The translations under genes and the position numbers were made by a program. The notes under the pieces were generated by a model. The model was not told the DNA's origin. It was given only the letters and a program-made list of their open reading frames with translations, and did not search any database. From Candidatus Omnitrophota bacterium (GTDB lineage Bacteria; Omnitrophota; Gorgyraeia; 2-01-FULL-45-10), in contig JAUYOL010000007.1 in NCBI GenBank assembly GCA_030695905.1, positions 6,604-70,603 of the forward strand: a DNA stretch of 64,000 nt, written 5' to 3'. Shown here one piece after another: positions 19,780-30,801 of this stretch. Numbering within the stretch: the stretch's first letter is position 1; each line of letters starts with the position of its first letter.

Positions 19780-20328
19780 ATGGGAAAGATGCGTTTGCAA
19801 AAATTTGCTGTGATATTATTGGTCACGCTTTTTTTTATTTCCGGATGCGGTTATACGACAAAATCGCTCCTTCCTCCCAATCTTAAGACTATCTATGTGG
19901 ATAACCTTGTGAACAAGATAAATTTAACGGCGGAATCCAATGATGACAGGATGTACCTTAGTTACAGGCCGGGCATGGAGATAGAAACATCCAGAGTGAT
20001 ACGCGATAAATATCTGTCTGATGGTAACCTGAAAGTGATAGACTCCGAAGATGCCGATTTGACACTTAAGGGCGAGCTTGTGGATTTCAGGAACGAGGCA
20101 TTGCGATATGACAGGAATGATAATGTGCAGGAATACAGGATTAGGGTGGTTGTGAATATAGAAATGATTAATAAAGACGGCAAGGTTAGATGGAAAGAGA
20201 GCGGCTTCGCGGGTGAATCGCTTTATACTACTACCGGACCACTTGCGAAAAGCGAAAGAACCGCTGTATTAGAAGCCGAGGCTGATTTGGCCAGGCGTGT
20301 TGTGGAGAGAACGATTGAAGAATGGTAA
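19780..20328 (+). CDS. lptE: LPS-assembly lipoprotein LptE-like
   Basis: Lipobox ISGC-GY, ADLTLKGEL..F, context bamD-lptE-holA. Confidence 0.75.
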   Translation: MGKMRLQKFAVILLVTLFFISGCGYTTKSLLPPNLKTIYVDNLVNKINLTAESNDDRMYLSYRPGMEIETSRVIRDKYLSDGNLKVIDSEDADLTLKGELVDFRNEALRYDRNDNVQEYRIRVVVNIEMINKDGKVRWKESGFAGESLYTTTGPLAKSERTAVLEAEADLARRVVERTIEEW

Positions 20329-21335
20329 GCCCCGCCGCTTTTTCTAATCCCGAATCTCCCTCAAGAAAAGGCGGGGTAAACACAAGTCCCGCGGTAATTC
20401 TGCTTGTCGGAGCTGAAAAATATCTTAAAGAAAAATCAATAAACGACCTGCGCTCATCGCTTCTTGACTCTTCCGCCGCGGAGTTGGATTATAAGGTACT
20501 GCACGGCACAGACACATCCGCGGATGAAATACTTTCCTCGGTTTCAACCATACCGTTTTTCTCATCAAAAAGGCTCGTTGTAGTAAAGGACTTCGAAAAG
20601 CTACCCAAAGAAGATATTCTCCGCCTGGTTAATTATATCAAAAAGCCAAATCAATATACCTGTCTTGTAATTGATCTAAAAGATGGTGCTATGCTAAAGG
20701 ATGACCCGTCGCTTGGGCGCTATGTAAAGGTGCTGAAATTTTCCGATCTTACAGAGATGGAAACTCCTTCCTGGATCTCGAAATTTGTTTCATCCAAGGG
20801 TAAGAGCATAGATGAACGCGCTATAGAGATATTAAGGGAACTGCAGGGCGGCAATATGCTTAATTTATCGCAGGAACTGGAAAAACTTATAACTTATATC
20901 GGCCACCGCAAGTCTATAACGGTATCCGATGTGGAGGGTCTTGTAGGAAAGAGCGTTATTGCATCGGCATTTGATATTGCGCATGCCGCCGCCGAGATGG
21001 ATACCTCAAAAGCTATAAGCATAGTATATGAATTGGCGTCATATGGGAAGAAGCCACATGAGGTTATAGGGCTTATGGCGTGGCATTTTAAGACTTTGTT
21101 GAAGATAAAAGCACAAGCCTCTTCAGGGCGCACAGAAAATGAGATAATCCAGAGTTTGAGAATGCCGAAAAAGAGCGCCCACGCCCTGTTAACGCAAAGC
21201 GCGCTATATTCTCATAAGGATTTAGGATCGAAGCTGCGAATTTTGCTGGATGCGGACCTCGGCATAAAAAGGGCAAGGTACAGCCCTTCATTAATACTGG
21301 AATTTGCTATTATAAGATTATGCCTTGGGAACTGA
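20322..21335 (+). CDS. holA: DNA polymerase III delta subunit
   Basis: ILLVGAEKYL, TIPFFSSKRLVVVK, QELEKLITY, LLDADLGIK; convergent with rpsT; N-terminus uncertain. Confidence 0.88.
   Translation: MVSPAAFSNPESPSRKGGVNTSPAVILLVGAEKYLKEKSINDLRSSLLDSSAAELDYKVLHGTDTSADEILSSVSTIPFFSSKRLVVVKDFEKLPKEDILRLVNYIKKPNQYTCLVIDLKDGAMLKDDPSLGRYVKVLKFSDLTEMETPSWISKFVSSKGKSIDERAIEILRELQGGNMLNLSQELEKLITYIGHRKSITVSDVEGLVGKSVIASAFDIAHAAAEMDTSKAISIVYELASYGKKPHEVIGLMAWHFKTLLKIKAQASSGRTENEIIQSLRMPKKSAHALLTQSALYSHKDLGSKLRILLDADLGIKRARYSPSLILEFAIIRLCLGN
20330..20376. repeat. Palindromic element at the lptE/holA junction
   Basis: CCCCGCC..TTTTCT...AGAAAAGGCGGGG inverted arms. Confidence 0.55.
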
Positions 21336-21587
21336 AGCGATCTTTTTTGTGAGGCGGGAGATCCTGCGTGAAGCAGCATTCCTATGAATGATTCCTTTTG
21401 AAGCCGCCTTATCTATCTTTGAAGCAAGAGTTTTCAAAAATGTCTTTGCCTCGTCGGTTTTTTTTGCCGCTACCAGGCTGTCGAATTTCTTTGTTAGCGA
21501 ATTTAGTTCCGAACTTAAAGATACGTTTCTGACATGTCTTTTCTTCGATTTTCTTAAATCTTTAAATGAAGCTCTTTTTATTGGCAT
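21318..21587 (-). CDS. rpsT: 30S ribosomal protein S20
   Basis: MPIKRAS.K..RKS, IDKAASKGIIHRNAASRRISRL. Confidence 0.95.
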   Translation of the reverse strand: MPIKRASFKDLRKSKKRHVRNVSLSSELNSLTKKFDSLVAAKKTDEAKTFLKTLASKIDKAASKGIIHRNAASRRISRLTKKIASVPKA

Positions 21588-21617
21588 CTTTTATCATCCT
21601 TCCCTTTTAGGGGGAGA

Positions 21618-21647
21618 ATTATAGCACGACCAAACATATGTAGTCAA
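21618..21647 (-). promoter_or_regulatory. rpsT promoter (TTGACT-N18-TATAAT, extended -10)
   Basis: Reverse-strand consensus hexamers upstream of the rpsT SD. Confidence 0.55.
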
Positions 21648-21657
21648 GGGTTTTATA

Positions 21658-23187
21658 ATGAGTAAAAAACACCTTATTAAATCCACCGGCGTAATAGGTA
21701 TAGCTACCGCGATAAGCAGGGTCTTGGGTTTTGTCCGCGATATAGTAATTGCCAACCTTTTTGGCACCAGCATGGTTGCCCAGGCCTTCTTCATAGCGTT
21801 CAGGATCCCCAATAGCCTGCGCGATATAGTAGGTGAAGGGGCCATGAATTCCGCGATAGTGCCGGTATTGACCGAATACAAAACGAAGAGCGATGCTAAA
21901 GAGTTTCTGCGCGTATCAAAGATACTATTCAATATATCATTTGCGGCGCTTTCGCTTATTACCCTGCTGGGAATGATATTTTCACCTCTTATAGTGCGTC
22001 TTATAGCTCCCGGGTTTGCGCGCGAGCCGGACATATTGAACCTTACTACGCATCTTAATAGAGTGATATTCCCCTATCTTATATTAATAGGCCTGACGGC
22101 CTATACTATGGGTGTGTTAAATACTCTTAAGAATTTCGCGAGTTCCGCTTTTGGGCCGTGTCTATTAAATATTGCCCTTATAGCAGCCGCGTTATGGCTG
22201 TGCCCCCGGTTTGGGGTTGCGGGGCTTGTTGCAGGTGTACTCATCGGCGGTGCTTTGCAGTTGGGATTAAACGTAGTTACGATGTATAAAAAAGGCATAA
22301 CGATAAACTTTAAGGAAGGATTTAAACATCCCGCGGTAAAGAAGATAGGGTTACTTTTAATGCCCCGCGCTTTTGGTTCGGCCATTTATCAGGTAAATAT
22401 ATTCGTTGATACTATGGCGGCGTCACTTGCCTGGATAGTAGGATCGGGAGGCGTTGCAGCGCTATACTATGCCAATAGGTTAATACAATTCCCTCTTGCC
22501 ATATTCGGCCTGGCGCTGGCTCAGGCAGCCCTGCCGAAATTAAGCCAGGAATTCGCGACGAATGACATACCTCGCATGAAGGACACGCTCTCATTTTCTT
22601 TGAGGACGACATTTTTTATTATGATACCGGCAAGTGTCGGCCTGGCGCTTTTGGGAATGCCGATAATAAAGCTGCTTTTTCAAAGGGGTGAATTTAACGA
22701 ATACTCCACTTATATAACGCAAAGCGCTTTATTCTTTTATTCATTCGGAATTTTTTCTTATAGCGGCGTAAAACTTCTGGTTACATGTTTTTATTCTATG
22801 CATGACACGTCAACCCCGGTGAAGACGGCTTTTATGGCCGTAGTAATAAATATCATACTTATAATAGCCCTTATGTGGCCGCTAAAATTGGGCGGGATAG
22901 CCTTGGCAACCTCAATTTCCGCGACATTTAATTTTGTTGCCTTATATGTATTGCTGGAAAAGAAGCTCGGACATCTGCATACCAAAGAAGTGGTGAATTC
23001 CTTTATGCGTATTTTATTATCGAGCATCGTCATGGGTATTGTGTTGAAAATTCTGTCAGCCCGCCTCGCAGGCATCGCAGGGCTGGTTTTGGCAATAATC
23101 GCGGGCATAATTACTTTTATGGCAGCCGCTTACATATTCAGGGTAAAAGAAATGAACAGGGCTTTTGCATGGGTATTAAAGAGATAG
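21658..23187 (+). CDS. murJ: Lipid II flippase MurJ
   Basis: SRVLGFVRD, AFRIPNSLR..GEGA, LYYANRLIQFP, LFQRGEF. Confidence 0.95.
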   Translation: MSKKHLIKSTGVIGIATAISRVLGFVRDIVIANLFGTSMVAQAFFIAFRIPNSLRDIVGEGAMNSAIVPVLTEYKTKSDAKEFLRVSKILFNISFAALSLITLLGMIFSPLIVRLIAPGFAREPDILNLTTHLNRVIFPYLILIGLTAYTMGVLNTLKNFASSAFGPCLLNIALIAAALWLCPRFGVAGLVAGVLIGGALQLGLNVVTMYKKGITINFKEGFKHPAVKKIGLLLMPRAFGSAIYQVNIFVDTMAASLAWIVGSGGVAALYYANRLIQFPLAIFGLALAQAALPKLSQEFATNDIPRMKDTLSFSLRTTFFIMIPASVGLALLGMPIIKLLFQRGEFNEYSTYITQSALFFYSFGIFSYSGVKLLVTCFYSMHDTSTPVKTAFMAVVINIILIIALMWPLKLGGIALATSISATFNFVALYVLLEKKLGHLHTKEVVNSFMRILLSSIVMGIVLKILSARLAGIAGLVLAIIAGIITFMAAAYIFRVKEMNRAFAWVLKR

Positions 23188-24428
23188 TAGCAAGCTTACC
23201 TCAATCTCCCGGCGTGTATATAATGAAGGGCGTATCGGGAGACGTTTTATATGTAGGCAAGGCCAATGACTTAAGAAAAAGAGTCTCCAGCTATTTCCAG
23301 AGATCACGCGCCCATCCCCAGCGCATCGAATCGCTTGTTTCCAAAATCGCGAATATAGAATTCATCCCGGTATCAACGAGTGCCGAAGCCCTGATTTATG
23401 AAAACGGCCTTATAAAGCAACTATCCCCAAAATATAATGTCGCGCTCCGCGACGACAAAAGCTATCCTCTTCTCAAGCTTACTGTAAGTGAAAAATTTCC
23501 GCGGCTCATCATGACTAGAGAAAAGAAGGGGGACGGCTCCATATACTATGGCCCATATACGAGCGCTAAACTTTTGAAAGAAGCGCTTAAGATACTGCAA
23601 AAGCTCTTCCCCCTAAGGACATGTAGTAAGATGCCTGCCAGCCGGCCAGGCAGGCCAAAAAAAGAATGTTTACAATTTCATATACAACAGTGTGTTGCCC
23701 CATGTTCTGGCAGGATAGACACACAGCGCTATAACGACCTTGTCGCGCAGTTAAAATTGTTTCTTGAGGGCAGGCGCGCCGAGCTTCTTAAATTTTTGTC
23801 CAATAAAATGAAAGAATTGTCCAAAAGCGAAAATTTTGAAGAGGCGCTTGAATACAGGAATAGGCTGGAAGCGCTTAGCGTTATAAAGGAAGGCAGCGTT
23901 AGTTATACCCCTATGGACGAATTGGAAGAATTGCGGAGAATATTGGGCATAAAGGATAAGCTGGAAAGGATAGAGGCGTTCGATATTTCTAATATAATGG
24001 GTGACCAGGCATGCGCCTCGATGGTCCACTTTTATAAGGGTAAGCCCAATAAAAACGAATATAGGAAATTCAAAATTAAAACGGTATCCGGCATGGATGA
24101 TTACAGCATGATGAGGGAGGTGGTGCGCCGCAGATACGCGCGAAGCCTGAAAGAAGAGAAAGCATTGCCCGATCTTATAGTTATAGACGGCGGAAGAGGC
24201 CATTTGGGCGTAGCTATGGATGAGCTAAAGAAATTGTCTTTGGATAATATTCCTACAATAGGTATAGCTAAAGAGTTTGAGCGTATTTATGTTAAGGATA
24301 GGAAGGATCCTATAGTATTGCCTAAAGAGTCAAAATCGTTGCACCTACTGGAGCGCATTCGCGATGAAGCGCACCGTTTCGCGATATCCTACCACAAGAA
24401 GCTTATGTCTAAGCGTATATTCAAATGA
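23169..24428 (+). CDS. uvrC: Excinuclease ABC subunit C (short form)
   Basis: LPQSPGVYIM..YVGKA GIY-YIG, Cys-rich region, UVR helix, IEAFDISN, DGGRGH, RIRDEAHRFA; ends before the HhH domain. Confidence 0.88.
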   Translation: MGIKEIVASLPQSPGVYIMKGVSGDVLYVGKANDLRKRVSSYFQRSRAHPQRIESLVSKIANIEFIPVSTSAEALIYENGLIKQLSPKYNVALRDDKSYPLLKLTVSEKFPRLIMTREKKGDGSIYYGPYTSAKLLKEALKILQKLFPLRTCSKMPASRPGRPKKECLQFHIQQCVAPCSGRIDTQRYNDLVAQLKLFLEGRRAELLKFLSNKMKELSKSENFEEALEYRNRLEALSVIKEGSVSYTPMDELEELRRILGIKDKLERIEAFDISNIMGDQACASMVHFYKGKPNKNEYRKFKIKTVSGMDDYSMMREVVRRRYARSLKEEKALPDLIVIDGGRGHLGVAMDELKKLSLDNIPTIGIAKEFERIYVKDRKDPIVLPKESKSLHLLERIRDEAHRFAISYHKKLMSKRIFK

Positions 24429-24715
24429 GACACAGCGGCAAAGGGAAGAAGTTGACAGAATTTGAGAAGAAGGTCTATGGAGTCGTGTCAAAGATACCCA
24501 AGGGCCGGGTGCGCTCATACAAATGGGTTGCCGCGAAAATAGGCTACCCTAAAGCCTGTAGGGCGGTAGGCAACGCGCTTAATAAGAATCCTTATATAGG
24601 CATCGTTCCATGCCATCGCGTTGTAAGGTCAGATGGCTCAATAGGAGGATTTGCCAAGGGCCAGGTTAAGAAAGAGAAACTTTTAAAGGGCGAATTGATT
24701 GACCTTATATCATAA
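24425..24715 (+). CDS. O6-methylguanine-DNA methyltransferase, C-terminal domain only
   Basis: IPKG.V.SY, RAVGNAL..NP, VPCHRVV active-site Cys. Confidence 0.88.
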   Translation: MRHSGKGKKLTEFEKKVYGVVSKIPKGRVRSYKWVAAKIGYPKACRAVGNALNKNPYIGIVPCHRVVRSDGSIGGFAKGQVKKEKLLKGELIDLIS

Positions 24716-24727
24716 TATTGATATAAT
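24699..24727 (+). promoter_or_regulatory. prfB-secA promoter (TTGACC-N17-TATAAT, extended -10)
   Basis: Near-consensus hexamers, SD GGAGG, ATG 24755. Confidence 0.65.
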
Positions 24728-24754
24728 CATCGGACTAACGGAGGATGCTGGCAA

Positions 24755-25871
24755 ATGTTAGACCAGATAAAAGAAGAACTGAAAAAGACGGAGGGGAAGC
24801 TAAAGACCCTCAGAGGTTATCTTTGACATAGATTCAAAGATAGAAAAGATAACGTCGCTGGAAAAAGAGACATTGGCAGAGAATTTTTGGGCCAATAAAG
24901 AACGTTCACGGGAAGTTGTAAAGCAGCTAAAATCTTTAAAGTCCGCGGTAGATCCCTTCTTAAAGACAGAAACAGGCATAAAAGATATACGTGATATAGT
25001 AGAAATTGCCGGAGCGGAAGACGCGGAATCCTTAACGCATTTCAAAGAAGAACTTTCTAAAATAATCCGCCGCATAGACGAATTGGAGTTCAAAGCGCTT
25101 CTGGGCGGGGAGGCGGACTCTAATAACGCTATTCTTAGTGTCAACGCCGGGGCAGGCGGCACGGAAGCCTGTGATTGGGCCGGTATGCTGTTAAGAATGT
25201 ATACGATGTGGGCCGAGTCTAAAGGATATCAGGTTACATGGATAGACCAGATGGCGGGTGAGGAAGCGGGAATAAAGAACGCCACTTTGCTTATCAAGGG
25301 TGATTACGCGTATGGTTATCTAAAGTGCGAATCCGGCGTTCACAGGCTGGTAAGGATATCTCCGTTCGATTCCAACAAAAGACGACATACATCATTTGCG
25401 TCCGTAGATGTGATACCCGAAGTTTCCGACGAAATAAAGATAGAGATAAATACCGCTGATCTTAAGATAGATACATATCGCGCAGGCGGAAAGGGCGGCC
25501 AGCATGTTAACAAGACCGACTCGGCGGTAAGAATAACGCATCTTCCCACCGGCATAATAACTCAATGTCAGAATGAGCGCTCGCAGTTCAAGAATAAAGA
25601 TATGGCTATGAAGCTAATTAAAGCCAAATTGTACGAAAGAGAGTTGGAGAAGAAGGCCAAAGATACGGAAAATGCTTATGATGCCAAGAAGGATATCGAG
25701 TGGGGAAGTCAGATCCGCTCTTATGTGCTTCATCCGTACAAGATGGTCAAGGACCACAGGACGGATTTTGAAATGGGCAACGCGGATGCGGTGCTTAATG
25801 GGAAATTAGACGGATTTATCGAAGCGTATTTAAAAGGGGCGAAGGGCCAGGGGGCAGAGAAAGATGCTTAA
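24755..25871 (+). CDS. prfB: Peptide chain release factor 2, programmed +1 frameshift
   Basis: ATG 24755 gives 23 codons to CTT-TGA-C; the +1 frame joins the 24873 ORF; SPF and GGQ motifs. Confidence 0.96.
24812..24827 (+). promoter_or_regulatory. RF2 +1 frameshift cassette
   Basis: AGAGGT-TAT-CTT-TGA-C (internal SD, slippery CTT, UGA stop). Confidence 0.93.
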
Positions 25872-28608
25872 TTTTATACTGAAGAGAATAGTGGGCACGC
25901 AGAATGAGAGGATAGTTAAGTTATTGCAGCCCACGGTAGACGCCATAAATGCTCTTGAACCCGCGATATCGAAATTGTCGGATGCCGAGCTTCGCGCAAA
26001 GACGGATGAGTTTAAGTTGCGGATACGAGCGCGCCGGAAAGATTATCAGGATAGAATGGATGAGGTGGCGGAACTTTTTAAGAGCTCGACCTCGCCCGAA
26101 GAAAAAGAGAAGATAAAACGACGGCTACGCGATATTAAGAATGAGATATTCGCCGAAGTCCTGCCCGAAGCGTTCGCGGTTGTAAGGGAAGCTGCAAAGC
26201 GTACCCTTAAGATGCGCCACTTCGATGTTCAGTTGATGGGCGGTATAGTGCTCCACCAGGGTAGGATAGCCGAAATGGCTACGGGAGAGGGCAAGACGCT
26301 CGTTGCGACATTACCCGTATATTTAAACGCTTTGACAGGCGAAGGCGTACATGTGATAACGGTAAACGACTATCTTGCCAAAAGAGATAGAAACTGGATG
26401 GGGCCAGTATATGAATTTTTAGGTCTTTCGGTGGGCTGTATATATCACGATATGGATCAGGCCGAACGCAAGAAAGCTTATGACAGCGATATTACATACG
26501 GCACCAATAACGAATATGGGTTTGATTATCTGCGCGACAATATGGTGGTCCATAAAGAGGATATGGCGCAGAGGGGCCATAATTACGCTATCGTTGACGA
26601 AGTCGACTCTATCCTGATAGATGAATCGAGGACGCCTCTTATAATATCCGGCCCAGCGGAAGAGTCTACCGATAAATATTATACGATAAATAAGATAGTG
26701 CCGCGGCTTAAAGGCAAGATAATCACCGACAAAGAAGAGATAGAAGCTAAATATAAAGGCGTAGACATAGAAAAAGGCATCGACTATGTCGTTAATGAAA
26801 AAAATCATACCGTTAATCTGACGGAGGAGGGTATTTTAAAGTGCCAGGAGTTTCTCGGCGTAAAAAATCTTTACGATGATATACAGTCAGAATGGGAACA
26901 CCATATAAGGCAGGCTATAAGAGCGCACGCGCTCTATAAAAAAGACGTCGATTATGTTGTCAAAGACGGCGAAGTTATGATAGTGGACGAGTTTACGGGA
27001 CGGCTGATGCCCGGCAGGCGCTGGTCTGACGGACTGCATCAGGCGGTCGAAGCTAAAGAGAATGTTAAGATAGAGAGAGAAAATCAGACGCTTGCGACAA
27101 TAACATTCCAGAATTATTTCAGGATGTACAAAAAACTCGCCGGTATGACCGGAACTGCTGAGACGGAAGCGGTGGAATTTAGCAAAATATACAGCCTTGA
27201 TGTAGTTGTTATTCCCACCAATAGAGCATTGTCGAGAACGAACCATGCCGATGTTATATATAAGACCGAGAGGGAAAAATTTAACGCGGTATGCAAAGAG
27301 ATAGCGGATCTTCATAAAGAGGGCCGTCCGGTTTTGGTAGGAACGATTTCTATAGAGAAGAGTGAGCACTTAAGCAATCTTTTGAAGAGGATCGGCATAC
27401 CACATCACGTACTTAACGCGAAATATCATGAGATGGAAGCGGAGATAATATCCAAGGCCGGCCAAAGATACGCGGTGACTATAGCGACAAATATGGCGGG
27501 CCGCGGAACAGATATAGTTTTGGGCCAGGAAGTTGCCTCTCTGGGCGGCTTGCATGTGCTGGGCACCGAACGCCATGAGGCGCGGCGCATAGACAATCAG
27601 CTGCGCGGCAGATCGGGAAGGCAGGGGGATCCGGGTTCCAGCAGATTTTATTTATCACTGGAAGATGATCTGATGAGAATATTCGGCTCCGACAGGATAA
27701 AGATGGTAATGGAACGGCTTGGCATGGAGGAAGGGCAGGAGATACAGCACGGTTTTATTACAAAGGCGATCGAGACGGCGCAGAAAAGAGTCGAACAGCA
27801 CAATTTTGAGATAAGAAAGCATCTATTGGAATACGACAACGTGATGAACAGGCAAAGGGAAGTCATATATGATGAAAGGCGCAAGGTCCTGCACGGAGAA
27901 AATATAAGAGATTATATTTATGAACTGATGGAAGAGGTGGTGGATTACGCGATAGATACATATCTTAACGAAAAGATGAGGGTTGATGAATGGGATTTTG
28001 ACGGATTCAGGCAATATCTTGATTTAAGATTTTCCGTGAAGACAGCCGACCTCGCGCTCGAGGAGATGAGGGTGCCGGAAATTAAAGATGCTGTAATTGA
28101 ACGCATGAAAAATGTTTACGGAGAAAAAGAGAAGGCGCTAGGTGAGCAGATGGCGCGGTATCTGGAACGCATGATACTGTTGCAGGTAATAGATACGCGC
28201 TGGAAAGATCATCTTTATGCCATGGATAGCCTAAGAGAAGGAATAGGGTTGCGCGCTTATGGACAGCGCGATCCTCTGATAGAGTATCAGCATGAAGGTT
28301 ATGATATGTTCATGGATATGATAGACAGGATCAAGGAAGAGACCCTTGAATATCTGTTTAAAGTTAAGGCCGTTAAAGAAGAAAAAGAGTCTCAAGTATT
28401 CGATTTTTCACGGCAAAAACTTGTTCATCAGGAAAAGAGCCAGTTCGAAGGCGTTGCGGCGCCCCAGGCGCAGGAAGCCGCTTCTTACGAGGGGCAGCTT
28501 CCCGAGGAGAAAGTGGCCACTTATCATAGAGAAGAACCGAAGGTCGGCAGGAACGATCCCTGTTCGTGCGGAAGCGGGAAAAAATATAAAAAATGCTGCG
28601 GAAAATAA
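25864..28608 (+). CDS. secA: Preprotein translocase ATPase SecA
   Basis: [38 protein letters not shown]-terminal [18 protein letters not shown]. Confidence 0.98.
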   Translation: MLNFILKRIVGTQNERIVKLLQPTVDAINALEPAISKLSDAELRAKTDEFKLRIRARRKDYQDRMDEVAELFKSSTSPEEKEKIKRRLRDIKNEIFAEVLPEAFAVVREAAKRTLKMRHFDVQLMGGIVLHQGRIAEMATGEGKTLVATLPVYLNALTGEGVHVITVNDYLAKRDRNWMGPVYEFLGLSVGCIYHDMDQAERKKAYDSDITYGTNNEYGFDYLRDNMVVHKEDMAQRGHNYAIVDEVDSILIDESRTPLIISGPAEESTDKYYTINKIVPRLKGKIITDKEEIEAKYKGVDIEKGIDYVVNEKNHTVNLTEEGILKCQEFLGVKNLYDDIQSEWEHHIRQAIRAHALYKKDVDYVVKDGEVMIVDEFTGRLMPGRRWSDGLHQAVEAKENVKIERENQTLATITFQNYFRMYKKLAGMTGTAETEAVEFSKIYSLDVVVIPTNRALSRTNHADVIYKTEREKFNAVCKEIADLHKEGRPVLVGTISIEKSEHLSNLLKRIGIPHHVLNAKYHEMEAEIISKAGQRYAVTIATNMAGRGTDIVLGQEVASLGGLHVLGTERHEARRIDNQLRGRSGRQGDPGSSRFYLSLEDDLMRIFGSDRIKMVMERLGMEEGQEIQHGFITKAIETAQKRVEQHNFEIRKHLLEYDNVMNRQREVIYDERRKVLHGENIRDYIYELMEEVVDYAIDTYLNEKMRVDEWDFDGFRQYLDLRFSVKTADLALEEMRVPEIKDAVIERMKNVYGEKEKALGEQMARYLERMILLQVIDTRWKDHLYAMDSLREGIGLRAYGQRDPLIEYQHEGYDMFMDMIDRIKEETLEYLFKVKAVKEEKESQVFDFSRQKLVHQEKSQFEGVAAPQAQEAASYEGQLPEEKVATYHREEPKVGRNDPCSCGSGKKYKKCCGK

Positions 28609-30143
28609 ATCTGATTATTTTATCGGCGGGTTTATTAATATTATCATTTCCTCCTTTTAATATTTGGATATTTGCCTGGGTATCGTTCATTCCTTTATTA
28701 TTTGCCTTAGAAGATCAAAAACCTTTAAAATCATTTTTTATTTCATATCTCGCCGGATTTTTATTTTTCCTCGGGACTATATACTGGTTGATTCACGTAA
28801 CATTGCCGGGAATGCTTGTTGTGGTCGCGTATCTTGCCTTGTATTTTGGACTTTTTGGTTTGATTTTAAGTTGCGTTTGGCAGGGTGATGATAATAAGCG
28901 GTTAATTCTGATACCTGCATCATGGGTCGCTCTTGAATGGATGCGCACCAATGCGCTGACCGGTTTTGGATGGAACCTTTTAGGTTATTCCCAGAGCTAC
29001 AATCTTCCGATAATACAGATCGCGGATATAACAGGCGCGTACGGAGTAGGTTTTTTAATACTGATGTTTAATGCAGCGTTATATATTTTTGTTAAAAATA
29101 TCAGGAGCGCGCAGAAGAGACACATTCCTCTTGTCATTACCGCTTCTTTGCTGTTGATAATCTCCGGATATGGAATATTCAGGCTCAATAATATATTTAC
29201 CGGAGAGAGGTTGAAAGTCGCTGTTGTGCAGGGGAATATCCCGCAGGATGAAAAGTGGGATCGTCGTTTTACCGATATGATCATGTCCAGATACCGGGAC
29301 CTCACTAAAGAAGCCGCTTCGTCAGAAAAGATAGATCTTGTGATATGGCCCGAAACATCCGTGCCGGGGTTCATCCAAAATGAAAAAGAACTTTTTGATA
29401 TTGTCTACAATCTATCGATGGATATAGCCGCGCCGATCCTTGTCGGCGCTCCCAGGTATGACGACAAGTCACAAGATGATTCTTACTATAATAGCGCCTT
29501 TCTATTTTTGAAAGACGGATCTGTGGACGGCCACTACGACAAGACTCATCTGGTGCCATTCGGCGAGTATGTGCCGTTAAAAAATCTTTTATCGTTCGTC
29601 CACAGGTTTGCGCCCCGGCCAATAGGAGACTGCGCCGCCGGCAAGGACTTTACGGTATTTAAATTTTTGCTTGAGCGCAGTATAAAGGATGAGGGCTACA
29701 GCTGGAAGCTGTCGAAAAAGGTCAGTTTTTCATGCCTTATATGTTTCGAAGATATATTCCCCGATATCGCGAGGCGGTTTGCCGGAAAGAATATAGATTT
29801 TCTTGTAAATATAACTAATGACGCATGGTTCGGAAGGTCAAGCGCCGCCTATCAGCATGCGCAGGCGTCCGTATTCAGGGCGGTGGAAAACAGGATCAAT
29901 GTCTTGAGGTCAGCGAATACGGGATTATCGTGTTTCATCGACCAAAAGGGGCGCGTTACCGCGAGAGTTATGGGTGATGGCAAGGATCTGTTTGTCAGCG
30001 GATTTAAGGCGCATGAAATAATTCTTTCCAGGACAAGGACTCTGTATACCGTATATGGAGACCTATTCGCGTACATATGCATATTCTTAACCGTATTCAG
30101 TATAACAAGATGTTTAAGAGAGAATAGCCGGAGAAGTTCTTAA
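28593..30143 (+). CDS. lnt: Apolipoprotein N-acyltransferase
   Basis: [41 protein letters not shown]. Confidence 0.95.
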   Translation: MLRKINLIILSAGLLILSFPPFNIWIFAWVSFIPLLFALEDQKPLKSFFISYLAGFLFFLGTIYWLIHVTLPGMLVVVAYLALYFGLFGLILSCVWQGDDNKRLILIPASWVALEWMRTNALTGFGWNLLGYSQSYNLPIIQIADITGAYGVGFLILMFNAALYIFVKNIRSAQKRHIPLVITASLLLIISGYGIFRLNNIFTGERLKVAVVQGNIPQDEKWDRRFTDMIMSRYRDLTKEAASSEKIDLVIWPETSVPGFIQNEKELFDIVYNLSMDIAAPILVGAPRYDDKSQDDSYYNSAFLFLKDGSVDGHYDKTHLVPFGEYVPLKNLLSFVHRFAPRPIGDCAAGKDFTVFKFLLERSIKDEGYSWKLSKKVSFSCLICFEDIFPDIARRFAGKNIDFLVNITNDAWFGRSSAAYQHAQASVFRAVENRINVLRSANTGLSCFIDQKGRVTARVMGDGKDLFVSGFKAHEIILSRTRTLYTVYGDLFAYICIFLTVFSITRCLRENSRRSS

Positions 30144-30144
30144 A

Positions 30145-30801
30145 ATGAAGAAGTTATTTAATGTATTTATGGGCCTGATTCTATCATTTGTGCTTTTCGG
30201 CTGCGACTCAAACCAATATCAGATAGTAACCGGTTCCGACGGTTCATTGTACCGTTTCAATAAAAAAACGGGAGAATTATCGATGATTATGGAAGATAGA
30301 AAAGTGGTGCGGCTGGCGGAGTCAAAAAAATCTGAAATAATTCAGCAGGATGAAGCCGTGCCGCTTGAAAAACCGATTAACTGGAAGGAGTCGCGTTTCC
30401 CGGCGAAGGACCTTAAGGCGCGGCTGGAGACGGTATGGAGGGAGAACAGGTTGAGCTATAAATTTTCCGCATATCCTTATAAATCCATGGAAAGAATATT
30501 CGCGAAGAAGAAGCAGGACTATATATACAGTATAGTTAAGCCGGGATTCAATATCGAATTATTGGATAAGAATGGGTTCATGGTCAAGGAGATAAAGATA
30601 AATCTCTGGAATATGACAAAGGTTATGGGTGAAAACGGCAAGGAAAAAGAACTTGTAATAAATTCACAGATAGACTGCACGAAACAATCTTACAGATCTA
30701 TAGGCGGCTACTCTATAAAGTGGCTGTTGGACCCGGATATGATAGATGACGAAAAAGACGATTTTATTAAAAGTTCTCCGATAAAGAGTGAGGGCAAATG
30801 A
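30145..30801 (+). CDS. Hypothetical lipoprotein
   Basis: Lipobox LFGC; coupled to lnt and the TPR gene. Confidence 0.7.
   Translation: MKKLFNVFMGLILSFVLFGCDSNQYQIVTGSDGSLYRFNKKTGELSMIMEDRKVVRLAESKKSEIIQQDEAVPLEKPINWKESRFPAKDLKARLETVWRENRLSYKFSAYPYKSMERIFAKKKQDYIYSIVKPGFNIELLDKNGFMVKEIKINLWNMTKVMGENGKEKELVINSQIDCTKQSYRSIGGYSIKWLLDPDMIDDEKDDFIKSSPIKSEGK

Noticed and set aside
18974-19826. Long antisense and alternate-frame ORFs (252, 193, 155, 126 aa) over the bamD tail
   Set aside because: Shadows of a low-complexity repeat region poor in stop codons; no RBS or domain signal.
24755-24872. In-frame stop near the start of prfB suggesting a pseudogene or sequencing error
   Set aside because: It is the canonical RF2 +1 frameshift (SD-TAT-CTT-TGA-C); real but well known.
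26020-26160. Helical insertion in the SecA N-terminal domain
   Set aside because: Variable-length insertions at this position are known in SecA from several phyla.
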